Origin: an uncultured Candidatus Bathyarchaeia archaeon
GTDB taxonomy: Archaea; Thermoproteota; Bathyarchaeia; 40CM-2-53-6; RBG-13-38-9
Length of the DNA stretch: 64,000 nt
Assembly (NCBI GenBank): GCA_964480955.1
Contig: CAYZRW010000005.1
Span: 26,279 to 90,278, forward strand
Direction: 5' to 3'
The translations under genes were made by a program, and so were the position numbers. Shown here piece after piece: positions 20,172 to 29,281 of this stretch (the first letter of the stretch is position 1; each line of letters begins with the position of its first letter). The notes beneath the pieces are model-generated. The model was not told the origin of the DNA, made no database searches, and saw only the letters and a program-made list of their open reading frames with translations.

Positions 20172-20411
20172 CTAACGGATCTTCTTCGCTTCTCTTTCGG
20201 TCTCTCTGAGCATTAACATGTCGCCGAGTCTTATTGGGCCTTTGGTGTTCCTTGTAATGATCCTACCCTTATCCCTGCCCTCAAGAATTCTGACCCTGAC
20301 TTGTATGACTTCGCCTGTCACTCCTGTTCTGCCAACGATCTGCGTCACCTCAGCAGGGGTTAAGACCTCCTCAACCCCTTCTTTTGCTGACCTCCCTGGA
20401 GCGCCGCTCAA
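20172..20411 (-). CDS. rps28e: 30S ribosomal protein S28e
   Basis: 79 aa ([36 protein letters not shown]). Confidence 0.85.
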   Translation of the reverse strand: MSGAPGRSAKEGVEEVLTPAEVTQIVGRTGVTGEVIQVRVRILEGRDKGRIITRNTKGPIRLGDMLMLRETEREAKKIR

Positions 20412-20812
20412 GTGCCTGTCGCACCGCCTTTCAGCAATCTCTCCGTAGCGCTGATAAGTCCCTTCACGGCTTCAGATGCTTCGCCTGGCTCTACTATTGA
20501 GATGGCTGCTGAGCCCACATCGATACCTGCTGATCTGCCGAGTTCGAGCTTGCTGGGAACGAATAGATAGGGAATCTTTCTTTCTTCACATAGTATTGGG
20601 AGGTGTGCCACCACTTGTGGTGGCTCAACGTCTTCGGCTATCAGCACCAGTTTGGCTACTCCCCTCTCAATAGCTTTAGTTGTCTCGTTTGTTCCCTTCT
20701 TGATCTTGCCGGTATCCTTTGCGACTTGTAATGCTTGAAAGGCCTTCTCGGCAATCTCTTTTGGTGTTTGAAACTTCACGTAGAATTGCTTTGGCATCCG
20801 TTTCGCCCTCAT
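20408..20812 (-). CDS. rpl7ae: 50S ribosomal protein L7Ae (also a C/D and H/ACA sRNP K-turn binding protein)
   Basis: The [17 protein letters not shown] motif is present. The gene heads the conserved L7Ae-S28e-L24e-ndk-infB block. Confidence 0.85.
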   Translation of the reverse strand: MRAKRMPKQFYVKFQTPKEIAEKAFQALQVAKDTGKIKKGTNETTKAIERGVAKLVLIAEDVEPPQVVAHLPILCEERKIPYLFVPSKLELGRSAGIDVGSAAISIVEPGEASEAVKGLISATERLLKGGATGT

Positions 20813-20980
20813 CTGCCATTTTTAGATAGAGTAGGACCTGAGCCTATTTTATCAACCTTTCGTTAAGAGACTAGTCGAAGAACTTCAGCCGCTAACCGTT
20901 CTCTCCATTATTGGGGTCGGCAGACGTGAATATCATAGCCTGACTTGGAGTGCTAAACCGCATCTACAGGCTCGATATTT

Positions 20981-22198
20981 CTAGGCTTCAGGCGCTCGGC
21001 CTTGAGTCTTTCGCTTAACGATATTTGCTATCTTGGTCTGTAGCCCCCAGAGCCCTATGAATCCTGTCGCCATCGACTGGTCAAAAGTTGTGGTGATGTC
21101 GTAGGTTGCCAGTTTACGATTATATAAGGACATAGGTGATGATCTGCCGACAACTTGGCAGTTTCCTTTGTAGAGTTTTATCCTGACTGTTCCGTTAACT
21201 CTCTCCTGGGTCTTATCAATGAAAGCTCCCAAGTCTTCCATTAGAGGATCCATCCACAGCCCTGAGTAGGCCGCTACTGTCCATTGGGCATCAACGAGTT
21301 GCTTGAAAGTGAGTTCATGGCGGGTCAAAACGCATTTCTCCAAGTCTCTGTGGGCTTCTATGAGGACTGTTGATGCTGGGCATTCATAGACTTCACGAGA
21401 CTTTATGCCTACCAAGCGGTCCTCAACGTGGTCTATGCGTCCGACACCGTTTCTCCCGGCCATACGGTTTAGTTTACTTATGAATGCAACTGGATTATCT
21501 TCTGAGCCGTCGATTGACTTAGGCATGCCCCTGTCAAATTCCAATGTCACGTACTCCGGTTTATTCGGACTCTTCTCCGGCGATACGGTCCACTCAAAAA
21601 TCTCTTCGGGCGGCTCTGCTGAGGGGTCTTCGAGAATTCCGCATTCAATAGACCGGCCGTAGAGATTTTGGTCAATACTGTAAGGGCTCTCTGGTTTGAC
21701 TGGTATGGGAATGTTACGCTGTCTGGCGTATTCGATTTCTTCCTCTCGTGAAAGTTTCCACTCTCTTATTGGGGCTATTATCTTCAGTTCTGGTGCTAGG
21801 GACGATATCGTCACGTCGAATCTGACTTGGTCATTACCCTTTCCTGTGCAGCCGTGTGCGACTGCCTCAGCCCCCTCCTTCCTAGCGATCTCCACGAGTT
21901 TGGATGCTATTAGGGGGCGGGAGAGTGCTGTTGATATCGGATACTTCCCTTGATATAGCGCGTTGGCCTTGACCGCCGGATACACGTAGCATCTGACAAA
22001 TTCCTCCTTAGCGTCTATCGAATAGTGTTTTGACGCTCCCACTCTTTCAGCACTCTCACGGATGTAGTCTAGGTTTTCGACCTGCCCTACATCGATAGTA
22101 ACGGTGATTACGTCACAATCATATTTCTCCATGATCCATCTTATGGCTACTGATGTGTCTAGTCCTCCGGAATAGGCTAAGACAACTTTGCTTCTCAT
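20981..22198 (-). CDS. argG: Argininosuccinate synthase
   Basis: 405 aa with the N-terminal AYSGGLDTSV PP-loop motif and the full ArgG fold. Confidence 0.9.
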   Translation of the reverse strand: MRSKVVLAYSGGLDTSVAIRWIMEKYDCDVITVTIDVGQVENLDYIRESAERVGASKHYSIDAKEEFVRCYVYPAVKANALYQGKYPISTALSRPLIASKLVEIARKEGAEAVAHGCTGKGNDQVRFDVTISSLAPELKIIAPIREWKLSREEEIEYARQRNIPIPVKPESPYSIDQNLYGRSIECGILEDPSAEPPEEIFEWTVSPEKSPNKPEYVTLEFDRGMPKSIDGSEDNPVAFISKLNRMAGRNGVGRIDHVEDRLVGIKSREVYECPASTVLIEAHRDLEKCVLTRHELTFKQLVDAQWTVAAYSGLWMDPLMEDLGAFIDKTQERVNGTVRIKLYKGNCQVVGRSSPMSLYNRKLATYDITTTFDQSMATGFIGLWGLQTKIANIVKRKTQGRAPEA

Positions 22199-22313
22199 TC
22201 CTGATTCTTCCTGAATGGATTGAGACCTACCCTACGGAGCTATAGTCACATGCTAGTCTTTCTTCAATTATCGTCTCTGTGACCTGGAAGCTATACTCTC
22301 TCGTTACATTTAG

Positions 22314-23174
22314 CTACTTCTTTAAGATGTTCAAGAGATGATCTATGATCCTTGCAGCAATATCGACGCCCGTAGCTGCTGCTGCGCCTCGAAACTCTAT
22401 CGTGGAGTTGACCTCATGCACAACCGGGCCATTCGGGCTCTCCATGGAATCCACAGCGAGAACGCCGCCCCCTACGGCTCTAGCAGCCTTTAGGGCGATC
22501 TCCTCCAGCTGATGTGTGATTGGACATTTTGTTGTTGTTGCACCAAGAGCAACATTGGTCCTCCAAGTGTCTGCGGGTGCGCTCCGATAGATGGCGACTA
22601 CGACTTCGTCACCCATCACGATCATTCTGATGTCTCTGGGCGGTCTCTTCACCATTTCTTGAATGTAGTGGATCTGAAGTAGTGAACTGCCCATCTGTTC
22701 TCTATGTTCGAGGATAGCCTCGGCCGTAGCTCGATCCTTTATAGGTGAGACCAGTCTGCCCCAGCTTCCTATGACTGGCTTTATCACAGCCGGATAGCCA
22801 ATCTTGTCAAGCACGTCTAGGGCAGCCTCGGGTGTAAATGTTACGTAGGTTTCTGGTGTCGGAACCTTGGCCTTGGCGAGCGCCAAGGATGTAAATAGCT
22901 TGTTGCCGCAGACCAGAGATGTATCGAACGAGTTTACTACTTGTAGACCATTTCTTTCGAGAACTGCAGTTATATGTAGTCCTCTGAAGTAGCTGATGCA
23001 CCTTTGGAGTACTACATCGCCGTAGGCTTCTGCATCGTACCGGGCGTTAAGATCGAAGCATATGTTCTTTGCGTCAATAAGGTTGGTTTGTATCCTTTTG
23101 CGTCTAGCGGCCTTGATGAGGGCTTTCTCTTCCCAGCGGGTGCGGTCAAAAACGATCGATAACTTCTTCGCCAA
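22314..23174 (-). CDS. RimK/LysX-family ATP-grasp ligase (glutamate or α-aminoadipate–LysW ligase; a probable ArgX given that it is next to argG)
   Basis: ATP-grasp motifs (YPAVIKPVIGSWGR, MESPNGPVVHEVN) are present. A probable TTG start gives LAKKLSIVFDRTRWEEK. It lies directly downstream of a lysW. Confidence 0.75.
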   Translation of the reverse strand: MAKKLSIVFDRTRWEEKALIKAARRKRIQTNLIDAKNICFDLNARYDAEAYGDVVLQRCISYFRGLHITAVLERNGLQVVNSFDTSLVCGNKLFTSLALAKAKVPTPETYVTFTPEAALDVLDKIGYPAVIKPVIGSWGRLVSPIKDRATAEAILEHREQMGSSLLQIHYIQEMVKRPPRDIRMIVMGDEVVVAIYRSAPADTWRTNVALGATTTKCPITHQLEEIALKAARAVGGGVLAVDSMESPNGPVVHEVNSTIEFRGAAAATGVDIAARIIDHLLNILKK

Positions 23175-23184
23175 AGAGGGCTTT

Positions 23185-23358
23185 TCACTCTCCCCAGTCT
23201 TCACCCACGATCTCAGCAATCTTGAGGTTGCACTTTCCGTCCTTATCGAAGGACAGTTCAAATTCGAGGCCGCAGTCGGGGCAAGTGACTATTTCACCCT
23301 CAACGGCATCCTTGGGTATTGTAATCTCGCTGTCACACTCAGAACATCGGCACTTCAT
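23185..23358 (-). CDS. lysW: Amino-group carrier protein LysW (copy 1)
   Basis: 57 aa: MKCRCSECDSEI...CPDCGLEFEL...GEDWGE. It has a zinc ribbon and the C-terminal EDWGE tail that becomes ligated to the substrate. Confidence 0.8.
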   Translation of the reverse strand: MKCRCSECDSEITIPKDAVEGEIVTCPDCGLEFELSFDKDGKCNLKIAEIVGEDWGE

Positions 23359-23459
23359 TCTGTTCTGGCTCTCAACTTGCAGAATTTTTTTGTGATTCTT
23401 GAATGCGTAGAGGACAATCAGCTTAAAAGACTTTCTTTTCCAGAATTTCGTTGGGTAAC

Positions 23460-23882
23460 TCACCATTGGCGTAGGATGATCATAGTATTTGTGTTCGAGA
23501 CTCCTTCCACGCCTCTTATTTCCTCAACACAATGATTAACCTCGGTAATGCTTGAGCCCGAGATTGTTACTGCGATATCATATTGGCCTGTAACTTCGTG
23601 GACTGTCTCAACACTTGGAATCTTGATGAGTTCTTGAGAGACTTTCGATGTGGGGTAGGCAGGATTTACTGAGAGTAGAGTTATTGCTCTTGCACCTGTC
23701 TTGAATCCGATCTGAATAGTGAATTTCTCTATGTCACCCGACTTTGTGAGTGTGCCGATCCTCTTTCGAACGGCGCCTTCGGATAGCCCAATCTTTCTGC
23801 CGATGTCAACATACGCCGCTCGTCCGTCCTCTTTCAGTATGCTTATTATCTTCCGGTCTATTTCGTCCAAGGTTACCGCCAA
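23460..23882 (-). CDS. lysM: Lrp/AsnC-family transcription regulator (LysM-like)
   Basis: 140 aa with an N-terminal HTH (DRKIISILKEDGRAAYVDIGRKIGLSEGAVRKRI) and a C-terminal RAM domain. It is divergent from the lysWXYZJK operon, as LysM is in Sulfolobus. Confidence 0.65.
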   Translation of the reverse strand: MAVTLDEIDRKIISILKEDGRAAYVDIGRKIGLSEGAVRKRIGTLTKSGDIEKFTIQIGFKTGARAITLLSVNPAYPTSKVSQELIKIPSVETVHEVTGQYDIAVTISGSSITEVNHCVEEIRGVEGVSNTNTMIILRQW

Positions 23883-24075
23883 GTCGTTTGTCGATGTGCT
23901 GTGTCGACCCTGATTCTTGAAGGATTTGGCACCTCTATTCTTCAGATTTCGATATTGTATTGCGAGCTTTCCGAATTTAAACCTATCAGTTGCGGTTTTC
24001 GTATAATTTGGCGCCGAATGTGCAGGTAGTGGTCATTCCCTCCACCGAAATCTTTAATAGTGGTACGATATCTCA
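23883..24075. promoter_or_regulatory. Divergent promoter/operator region between lysM (Lrp-type regulator) and the lysW-lysXYZJK-HCS operon
   Basis: A 193-nt AT-rich intergenic spacer carries several TATA-like elements (tttaaac, gtataatt, ctttaatag), placed 25-35 nt upstream of each start. Confidence 0.4.
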
Positions 24076-24273
24076 GTGAAGCAGTTGGTGGTAGTCTTGG
24101 AAGGTCACAAGTGCCCAGACTGTTCCGCTGAAGTGAAGATCCCAGAAGATTCTCTTGACGGCGAGATAGTCGTCTGCCCAGATTGTGGGCTAGAATTACA
24201 GGTCAAGAAGGACCAAACAGGAAAGGTCGAGCTTGGGCAAGTAACTAGACAGAAAGAAGATTGGGGTGAATGA
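24076..24273 (+). CDS. lysW: Amino-group carrier protein LysW (copy 2)
   Basis: 65 aa: ...CPDCSAEV...CPDCGLELQV...KEDWGE. Confidence 0.8.
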   Translation: MKQLVVVLEGHKCPDCSAEVKIPEDSLDGEIVVCPDCGLELQVKKDQTGKVELGQVTRQKEDWGE

Positions 24274-25131
24274 TTGAATAGCTCCATCGGGATGCTCTAC
24301 GATCAAATAAGGCCCGAGGAGCGTCTCCTAATCGATGCTGCGAAAAGGAAGTCCTTAAGACTTCGACTACACAACTCCGAGGAACTTTACCTCAATGCGC
24401 TCGAAGTTGATCGTAGAGAAACCTTCGAAGACGTAGTCTTACAGAGATGCGTCAGCTACTTTCGGAGCATACACCTCACAGCACTGCTAGAAAGCAGAGG
24501 TGTAAGTGTAATAAACTCGTCAAGGATTGCCTCAATCTGCGGCAACAAACTATTGGCTACCATCGAACTTGCAGGAGCAAGGATTCCAACCCCTTCCACA
24601 ACAGTTGCCTTCAGCGTAGAGTCTGCACTCAAGGCCCTTTCCGAGATAGGATATCCGGCAATCCTCAAGCCAGTCATAGGAAGTTGGGGAAGACTTGTCG
24701 CCCCACTAAAGGACGCAGAATCAGCCAGAGCAATACTGGAAGACCGAGAGAATATGTTTCCGCTCTACCAAGTATACTATATTCAAGAGATGATCCAACG
24801 GCCGCCAAGAGACATACGTTGCTTCCTCATAGGCGACGAAGCTGTTGCGGCAATATATAGGTATGCTCCAAAAGATGAGTGGCGAACGAATACTGCAAGG
24901 GGTGGACGAGTGGAGTCATGCAAAATCACTCCCCAAATGGAGGAGCTTGCCTCGAAGGTTGCAAAAGTCTTCGGTGAAGGGGTGTACGGCGTCGATATGA
25001 TGGAGAGTGAGAGGGGTCTAACTGTACATGAAGTTAATTACACGACAGAATTTCGAAATAGCGTCCCAGTAACAGGCGTAGACATTCCAGGATTGATTCT
25101 GGACTTCGCAGGTAGAAAGGTGAGAAAGTAG
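24274..25131 (+). CDS. lysX: LysX (α-aminoadipate–LysW ligase, RimK family)
   Basis: ATP-grasp protein (YPAILKPVIGSWGR, MESERGLTVHEVN). It is the first enzyme gene of the lysWXYZJK operon. Confidence 0.8.
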   Translation: MNSSIGMLYDQIRPEERLLIDAAKRKSLRLRLHNSEELYLNALEVDRRETFEDVVLQRCVSYFRSIHLTALLESRGVSVINSSRIASICGNKLLATIELAGARIPTPSTTVAFSVESALKALSEIGYPAILKPVIGSWGRLVAPLKDAESARAILEDRENMFPLYQVYYIQEMIQRPPRDIRCFLIGDEAVAAIYRYAPKDEWRTNTARGGRVESCKITPQMEELASKVAKVFGEGVYGVDMMESERGLTVHEVNYTTEFRNSVPVTGVDIPGLILDFAGRKVRK

Positions 25132-25132
25132 C

Positions 25133-26185
25133 TTGAAGGTTTCGATAATAGGTGGGTCAGGATACGCGGGTGGAGAATTGATACGAGAGTTACTTTTCCA
25201 TCCAAAAGTCGAGATTATCACGATCGTTTCTAGGAGCCACGTAGACGACTACGTGTTTCGAATTCATCCAAATCTGCGTGGATATACGCAGTTGAAATTT
25301 TCTCCTTTGAATCTGTCTAACATAACTTCAAATTCAGATCTCGTCTTTACAGCGATTCCACACGGAACATCAGCGGAGTACGTACCGAAACTCTTGGAGG
25401 CTGGTTTGAGAGTCATCGATCTAGGCGCAGACTTCAGACTGAAGGACCCTGCAGACTACCAGAAATGGTATGGGTGGACCCACCCACATCCGGAGCTTCT
25501 CAAAGAGGCTGTCTATGGGCTTCCGGAGCTTCATAGAGAAGAGATTAGAAACGCGAGACTCGTCGCATGCCCCGGATGCATGGCCACAGCAACAATTCTC
25601 GGACTTGCCCCGATCATTAAGGAACACGTCATAGAGCCTGAAAGAATAGTTGTGGATGCCAAGATAGGCTCCTCAGGAGCAGGGAATGTGCCGACCAAGG
25701 CTTCACACCATCCTGAACGCGCTAACGGTGTAAGACCCTACAAGACAGTTGGTCACAGACACATTCCAGAGATGGAGCAGGAGCTTTCACTCCTAACCAA
25801 TACCAAACCAGATATTTCCTTCTCCCCCCACGCCGTCCCGATGATCCGGGGAATCCTAGCAACAATACATACATTCCCAAAGAAACAACTCACGCCCCAA
25901 GACGTCTGGAAGATATACCGTTCAATGTATGGCCAAGAACCTTTCATTAGGCTTGTAAAAGATAGAAAAGGCCTCCACCAGCTACCAGACCCTAAAGTGA
26001 CCATGGGTTCAAACTTCTGTGACATTGGATTTGAACTTGACACTCACATCAACAGGATGGTTATTCTCAGCGCGATAGACAATCTTGTGAAGGGAGCTTC
26101 GGGGCAAGCTGTTCAATGCCTGAACATAATGCTTGGAGTCGATGAGAGAACCGCCATTTCAACCCCAACAGTCTATCCGGCGTGA
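25133..26185 (+). CDS. lysY: LysY/ArgC (LysW-γ-aminoadipyl/glutamyl-phosphate reductase)
   Basis: The N-terminal VSIIGGSGYAGGEL NAD(P)-binding motif and the active-site CPGC are present. Confidence 0.85.
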   Translation: MKVSIIGGSGYAGGELIRELLFHPKVEIITIVSRSHVDDYVFRIHPNLRGYTQLKFSPLNLSNITSNSDLVFTAIPHGTSAEYVPKLLEAGLRVIDLGADFRLKDPADYQKWYGWTHPHPELLKEAVYGLPELHREEIRNARLVACPGCMATATILGLAPIIKEHVIEPERIVVDAKIGSSGAGNVPTKASHHPERANGVRPYKTVGHRHIPEMEQELSLLTNTKPDISFSPHAVPMIRGILATIHTFPKKQLTPQDVWKIYRSMYGQEPFIRLVKDRKGLHQLPDPKVTMGSNFCDIGFELDTHINRMVILSAIDNLVKGASGQAVQCLNIMLGVDERTAISTPTVYPA

Positions 26186-26191
26186 GAACCG

Positions 26192-26998
26192 ATGCTTCTG
26201 GTAGTCAAACTTGGAGGGAGCACGCTTGAGGAAGGCGTCTCAGATGAGTTTGTTCAAGATGTCAAGAAGGTTGCGGCAGACCATAACGTTGTGATCGTGC
26301 ATGGCGGAGGCGCCATAGTGACAGAGATAGCCAAGAGGCTGGGCAAAGAACAGAAGTTCATAGTCTCGCCAGAGGGTTTCAGAAGCAGATACACAGATCG
26401 AGAGACCGTAGAGATCTACACAATGGTCATGGCTGGGAAGACGAACAAAGAGATAGTGTTAGCCCTCCAACGTCAAGGTATAAACGCGGTCGGACTCTCA
26501 GGACTAGACGGGTCTTTAGCTATGGCTGAACGGAAGAAACAACTCGTAATAGTCGATGAAAGAGGAAGGAGAAGAATCATAGAAGGAGGATATACTGGCA
26601 AGATCAGCAAGATCAAAGTGGCTCTGCTCAAACTCCTAGTTGAGAACGGATATGTACTCGTCATTGCTCCAGTTGCCATTGGAACAGAGTACGAGCCCCT
26701 CAACACTGATGGAGACCGCATGGCCGCGAACATCGCAGGTTCACTCAAGGCTGACATGCTCATCCTGTTGACTGACGTTAAGGGAGTCGAGTTGGACGGC
26801 AAACTGGTTTCGAAGATGAATGTCCTAGAAGCAAAAGACGCCCTTCCAAGAATAGGACATGGAATGATAACGAAGATTTATGCTGCCATTGAGGCTATCG
26901 ACATAGGTGTGAAAAAAGTCACGATAGCTCCTGGACTAGAACCGTCGCCAGTCTCACTGTCTATTGAGCAGAAATGTGGCACTGTGATAGAGAGATGA
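26192..26998 (+). CDS. lysZ: LysZ/ArgB (LysW-aminoadipate/glutamate kinase)
   Basis: Amino-acid kinase fold (VVKLGGS, VIVHGGG). Confidence 0.85.
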   Translation: MLLVVKLGGSTLEEGVSDEFVQDVKKVAADHNVVIVHGGGAIVTEIAKRLGKEQKFIVSPEGFRSRYTDRETVEIYTMVMAGKTNKEIVLALQRQGINAVGLSGLDGSLAMAERKKQLVIVDERGRRRIIEGGYTGKISKIKVALLKLLVENGYVLVIAPVAIGTEYEPLNTDGDRMAANIAGSLKADMLILLTDVKGVELDGKLVSKMNVLEAKDALPRIGHGMITKIYAAIEAIDIGVKKVTIAPGLEPSPVSLSIEQKCGTVIER

Positions 26999-28194
26999 AT
27001 GAAAAAGAAATAGTCGAGATCGAGCAGACCCACATGGCAAATGTCTACGCGAAGAAGGGCCTAGTCGTCATAAGAGGTCATGGCGCCAAGCTCTGGGACA
27101 TCAATAATCGCGAATACATAGACTGCATGGGTGCCTACGGCGTCTCAATAGTTGGGCACTGCCATCCAAAAGTCGTCGAGGCAATAAAACAGCAATCTGA
27201 AGTTCTCATATCCTGCCACGGATCATTATACAATGACTCCAGATCAAGACTTCTCGAAAAACTGGTCAAGATAACTCCCAAAGGCCTGGACAAAGCCTTC
27301 CTCACAAACAGCGGCGCCGAGGCAGTAGAATGTGCCATAAAACTGGCAAGAAAGCACTCTGGAAGGAAAGAGGTGATAGCTATGATGGGTGCCTTCCACG
27401 GAAAGACGATGGGCGCCCTCTCAGCCACATGGGACAAGAAATACCGCGAGCCCTTTCTGCCTTTGGTTCCAGGCTTCAAGCACGTACCATACGGGAACGC
27501 GGCCAAGCTCAGGGACGCCATAACCGCTGACACCGCAGCCATCATTCTTGAGCCTATCCAAGGTGAAGGGGGAGTGCGAATCCCCCCTGAAGGATACCTC
27601 AAGGAGGTTAAGGAGATCTGCGACGAGAAAGACATAATCATGATAGCGGATGAAGTCCAGACGGGCTTCGGCCGGACCGGCAAAGTGTTTGCCTGCGAAC
27701 ATTGGGGAACCATACCTGATGTTATCTGTCTCGCGAAGGCTGTAGGCGGAGGTTTACCCCTTGGAATAACAGTGGCGAGGCAGGACATCATGTCCTCCCT
27801 AAGGGTTGGTGAACACACAACAACTTTTGGAGGCAACCCACTAGTCTGTGCAGCAGCCTCAGCCGCTATTGACATACTGATATCAGAGAGACTGCCAGAG
27901 AGGGCAGCTGAACTTGGAGCCTACTTCATGAAGAAGCTAGAGAATCTGAGAACCGAGTACAATATCATACGTGAGGTTAGAGGACTAGGCTTGATGATAG
28001 GAGTCGAATCAAGATTCGACGTCTTCAATATCCTACAGAGGTTGATGGCGAGAGGAGTAATCGCACTAGATGCTGGAAGAAACATAATTCGTTTCCTTCC
28101 ACCGCTGGTCATATCGAAGGAGCAACTTGACACAGTTGCTGAATCCATGGACAAGTGCTTGGCTGAGGAGAGAAATGACCGCTTACGAAGTTGA
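26995..28194 (+). CDS. lysJ: LysJ/ArgD (class III PLP aminotransferase of the acetylornithine-aminotransferase type)
   Basis: GHCHP, LTNSGAEAVE, DEVQTGFGRTG and TTFGGNP motifs are present. Confidence 0.85.
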   Translation: MNEKEIVEIEQTHMANVYAKKGLVVIRGHGAKLWDINNREYIDCMGAYGVSIVGHCHPKVVEAIKQQSEVLISCHGSLYNDSRSRLLEKLVKITPKGLDKAFLTNSGAEAVECAIKLARKHSGRKEVIAMMGAFHGKTMGALSATWDKKYREPFLPLVPGFKHVPYGNAAKLRDAITADTAAIILEPIQGEGGVRIPPEGYLKEVKEICDEKDIIMIADEVQTGFGRTGKVFACEHWGTIPDVICLAKAVGGGLPLGITVARQDIMSSLRVGEHTTTFGGNPLVCAAASAAIDILISERLPERAAELGAYFMKKLENLRTEYNIIREVRGLGLMIGVESRFDVFNILQRLMARGVIALDAGRNIIRFLPPLVISKEQLDTVAESMDKCLAEERNDRLRS

Positions 28195-29281
28195 ACTGCT
28201 GACTGAGATGCTCAGGCGATACAGCCCCAGCGGAGGAGAAGCGGCCCTCGCAGAATACGTCCGAGATGAACTGGAAAAGAACAATTTCGATGTACACGTT
28301 GACGATGCTGGAAACGTAATCGGTACGTATGGAAGCGAACAGCCAACCGTGCTCCTGTGTGGGCACATGGATACGGTGCCAGGAGAGTTGGAAGTCAGGC
28401 TTGAAGGAGACCTGCTCTATGGAAGAGGTGCTGTGGACGCGAAGGCCCCACTTGCAAGCATGATTGTGGGTGCTTCAAGGATTACTAAACCAAGAGGCAA
28501 GATTGTTCTTGCATGCTTGGTTGACGAGGAAGGTTGTGGAAAGGGGGTTAGGCAACTGATCAAGGATAAAGTCCAAGCGAACTATGCGATATTTGGAGAA
28601 CCGAGCAGGTCTTGGAATGTCACGATTGGTTACAAAGGAAGTCTGCATCTATGGTTGGAATGCACAACTTCTACGGGCCACTCTTCTTCACCTTGGCTCT
28701 TCAACAATGCCATCGAGAAGGCCTACGAGTTCTGGGAGGCAATAAGAGGACATCGCTTCGAAGAAGAGAAGACAGAGAGCCGCTTCTACTCAGTGACTTC
28801 CTGCCTGACTATGATGAAGGGAGGAGACTCTTCGAGCATGGTACCGTCACGATGCGAGGCGGAGATAGACATACGTACTCCCCCGCAACTCTCGCCTGAG
28901 GTAGTCTTTGGAGGACTCAAGAAACTCGCCGAGGAATTCGGCAGAGCCAATCCGGAGTTGAAAATCAAGCTGGACACTACCAGCATGGTTCCAGCCTACG
29001 AGGCTGGCTCCAGATCCCTCCTCGTCAAGGCTCTAACATACGCCATAAGAAAGGTTTGTCGGCAGACCCCAACCCTCCTGAGAAAGACAGGGACAGGGGA
29101 CATGAATGAACTCGGCTCAATATTGAGAGTACCGATGGTGTCCTATGGACCTGGAGACTCCCACCTTGACCACACGACGAATGAATGCGTCTCGGTATCG
29201 GAGTACCTGTCAAGTATCAGGGTCTACCAGGAAGCCATTCCCAGACTCTTCGACCTTCATCATTCTAACAGGTTAGGGTGA
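28175..29281 (+). CDS. lysK: LysK/ArgE (LysW-lysine/ornithine hydrolase, M20 peptidase family)
   Basis: M20 metal-binding motifs (LLCGHMDTVP, GAVDAKAP, DEEGCGKG) are present. Confidence 0.8.
   Translation: MTAYEVELLTEMLRRYSPSGGEAALAEYVRDELEKNNFDVHVDDAGNVIGTYGSEQPTVLLCGHMDTVPGELEVRLEGDLLYGRGAVDAKAPLASMIVGASRITKPRGKIVLACLVDEEGCGKGVRQLIKDKVQANYAIFGEPSRSWNVTIGYKGSLHLWLECTTSTGHSSSPWLFNNAIEKAYEFWEAIRGHRFEEEKTESRFYSVTSCLTMMKGGDSSSMVPSRCEAEIDIRTPPQLSPEVVFGGLKKLAEEFGRANPELKIKLDTTSMVPAYEAGSRSLLVKALTYAIRKVCRQTPTLLRKTGTGDMNELGSILRVPMVSYGPGDSHLDHTTNECVSVSEYLSSIRVYQEAIPRLFDLHHSNRLG

Noticed and set aside
27135-27875. 246-aa ORF antisense to lysJ, and many similar long antisense ORFs (for example 5346..5561, 7564..7929, 36515..36922, 37742..38254, 53435..53935)
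   Set aside because: They are fully contained within well-supported genes on the opposite strand. Their sequences are low-complexity or Pro/Ser/Arg-rich, typical of shadow ORFs in a ~50% GC genome.
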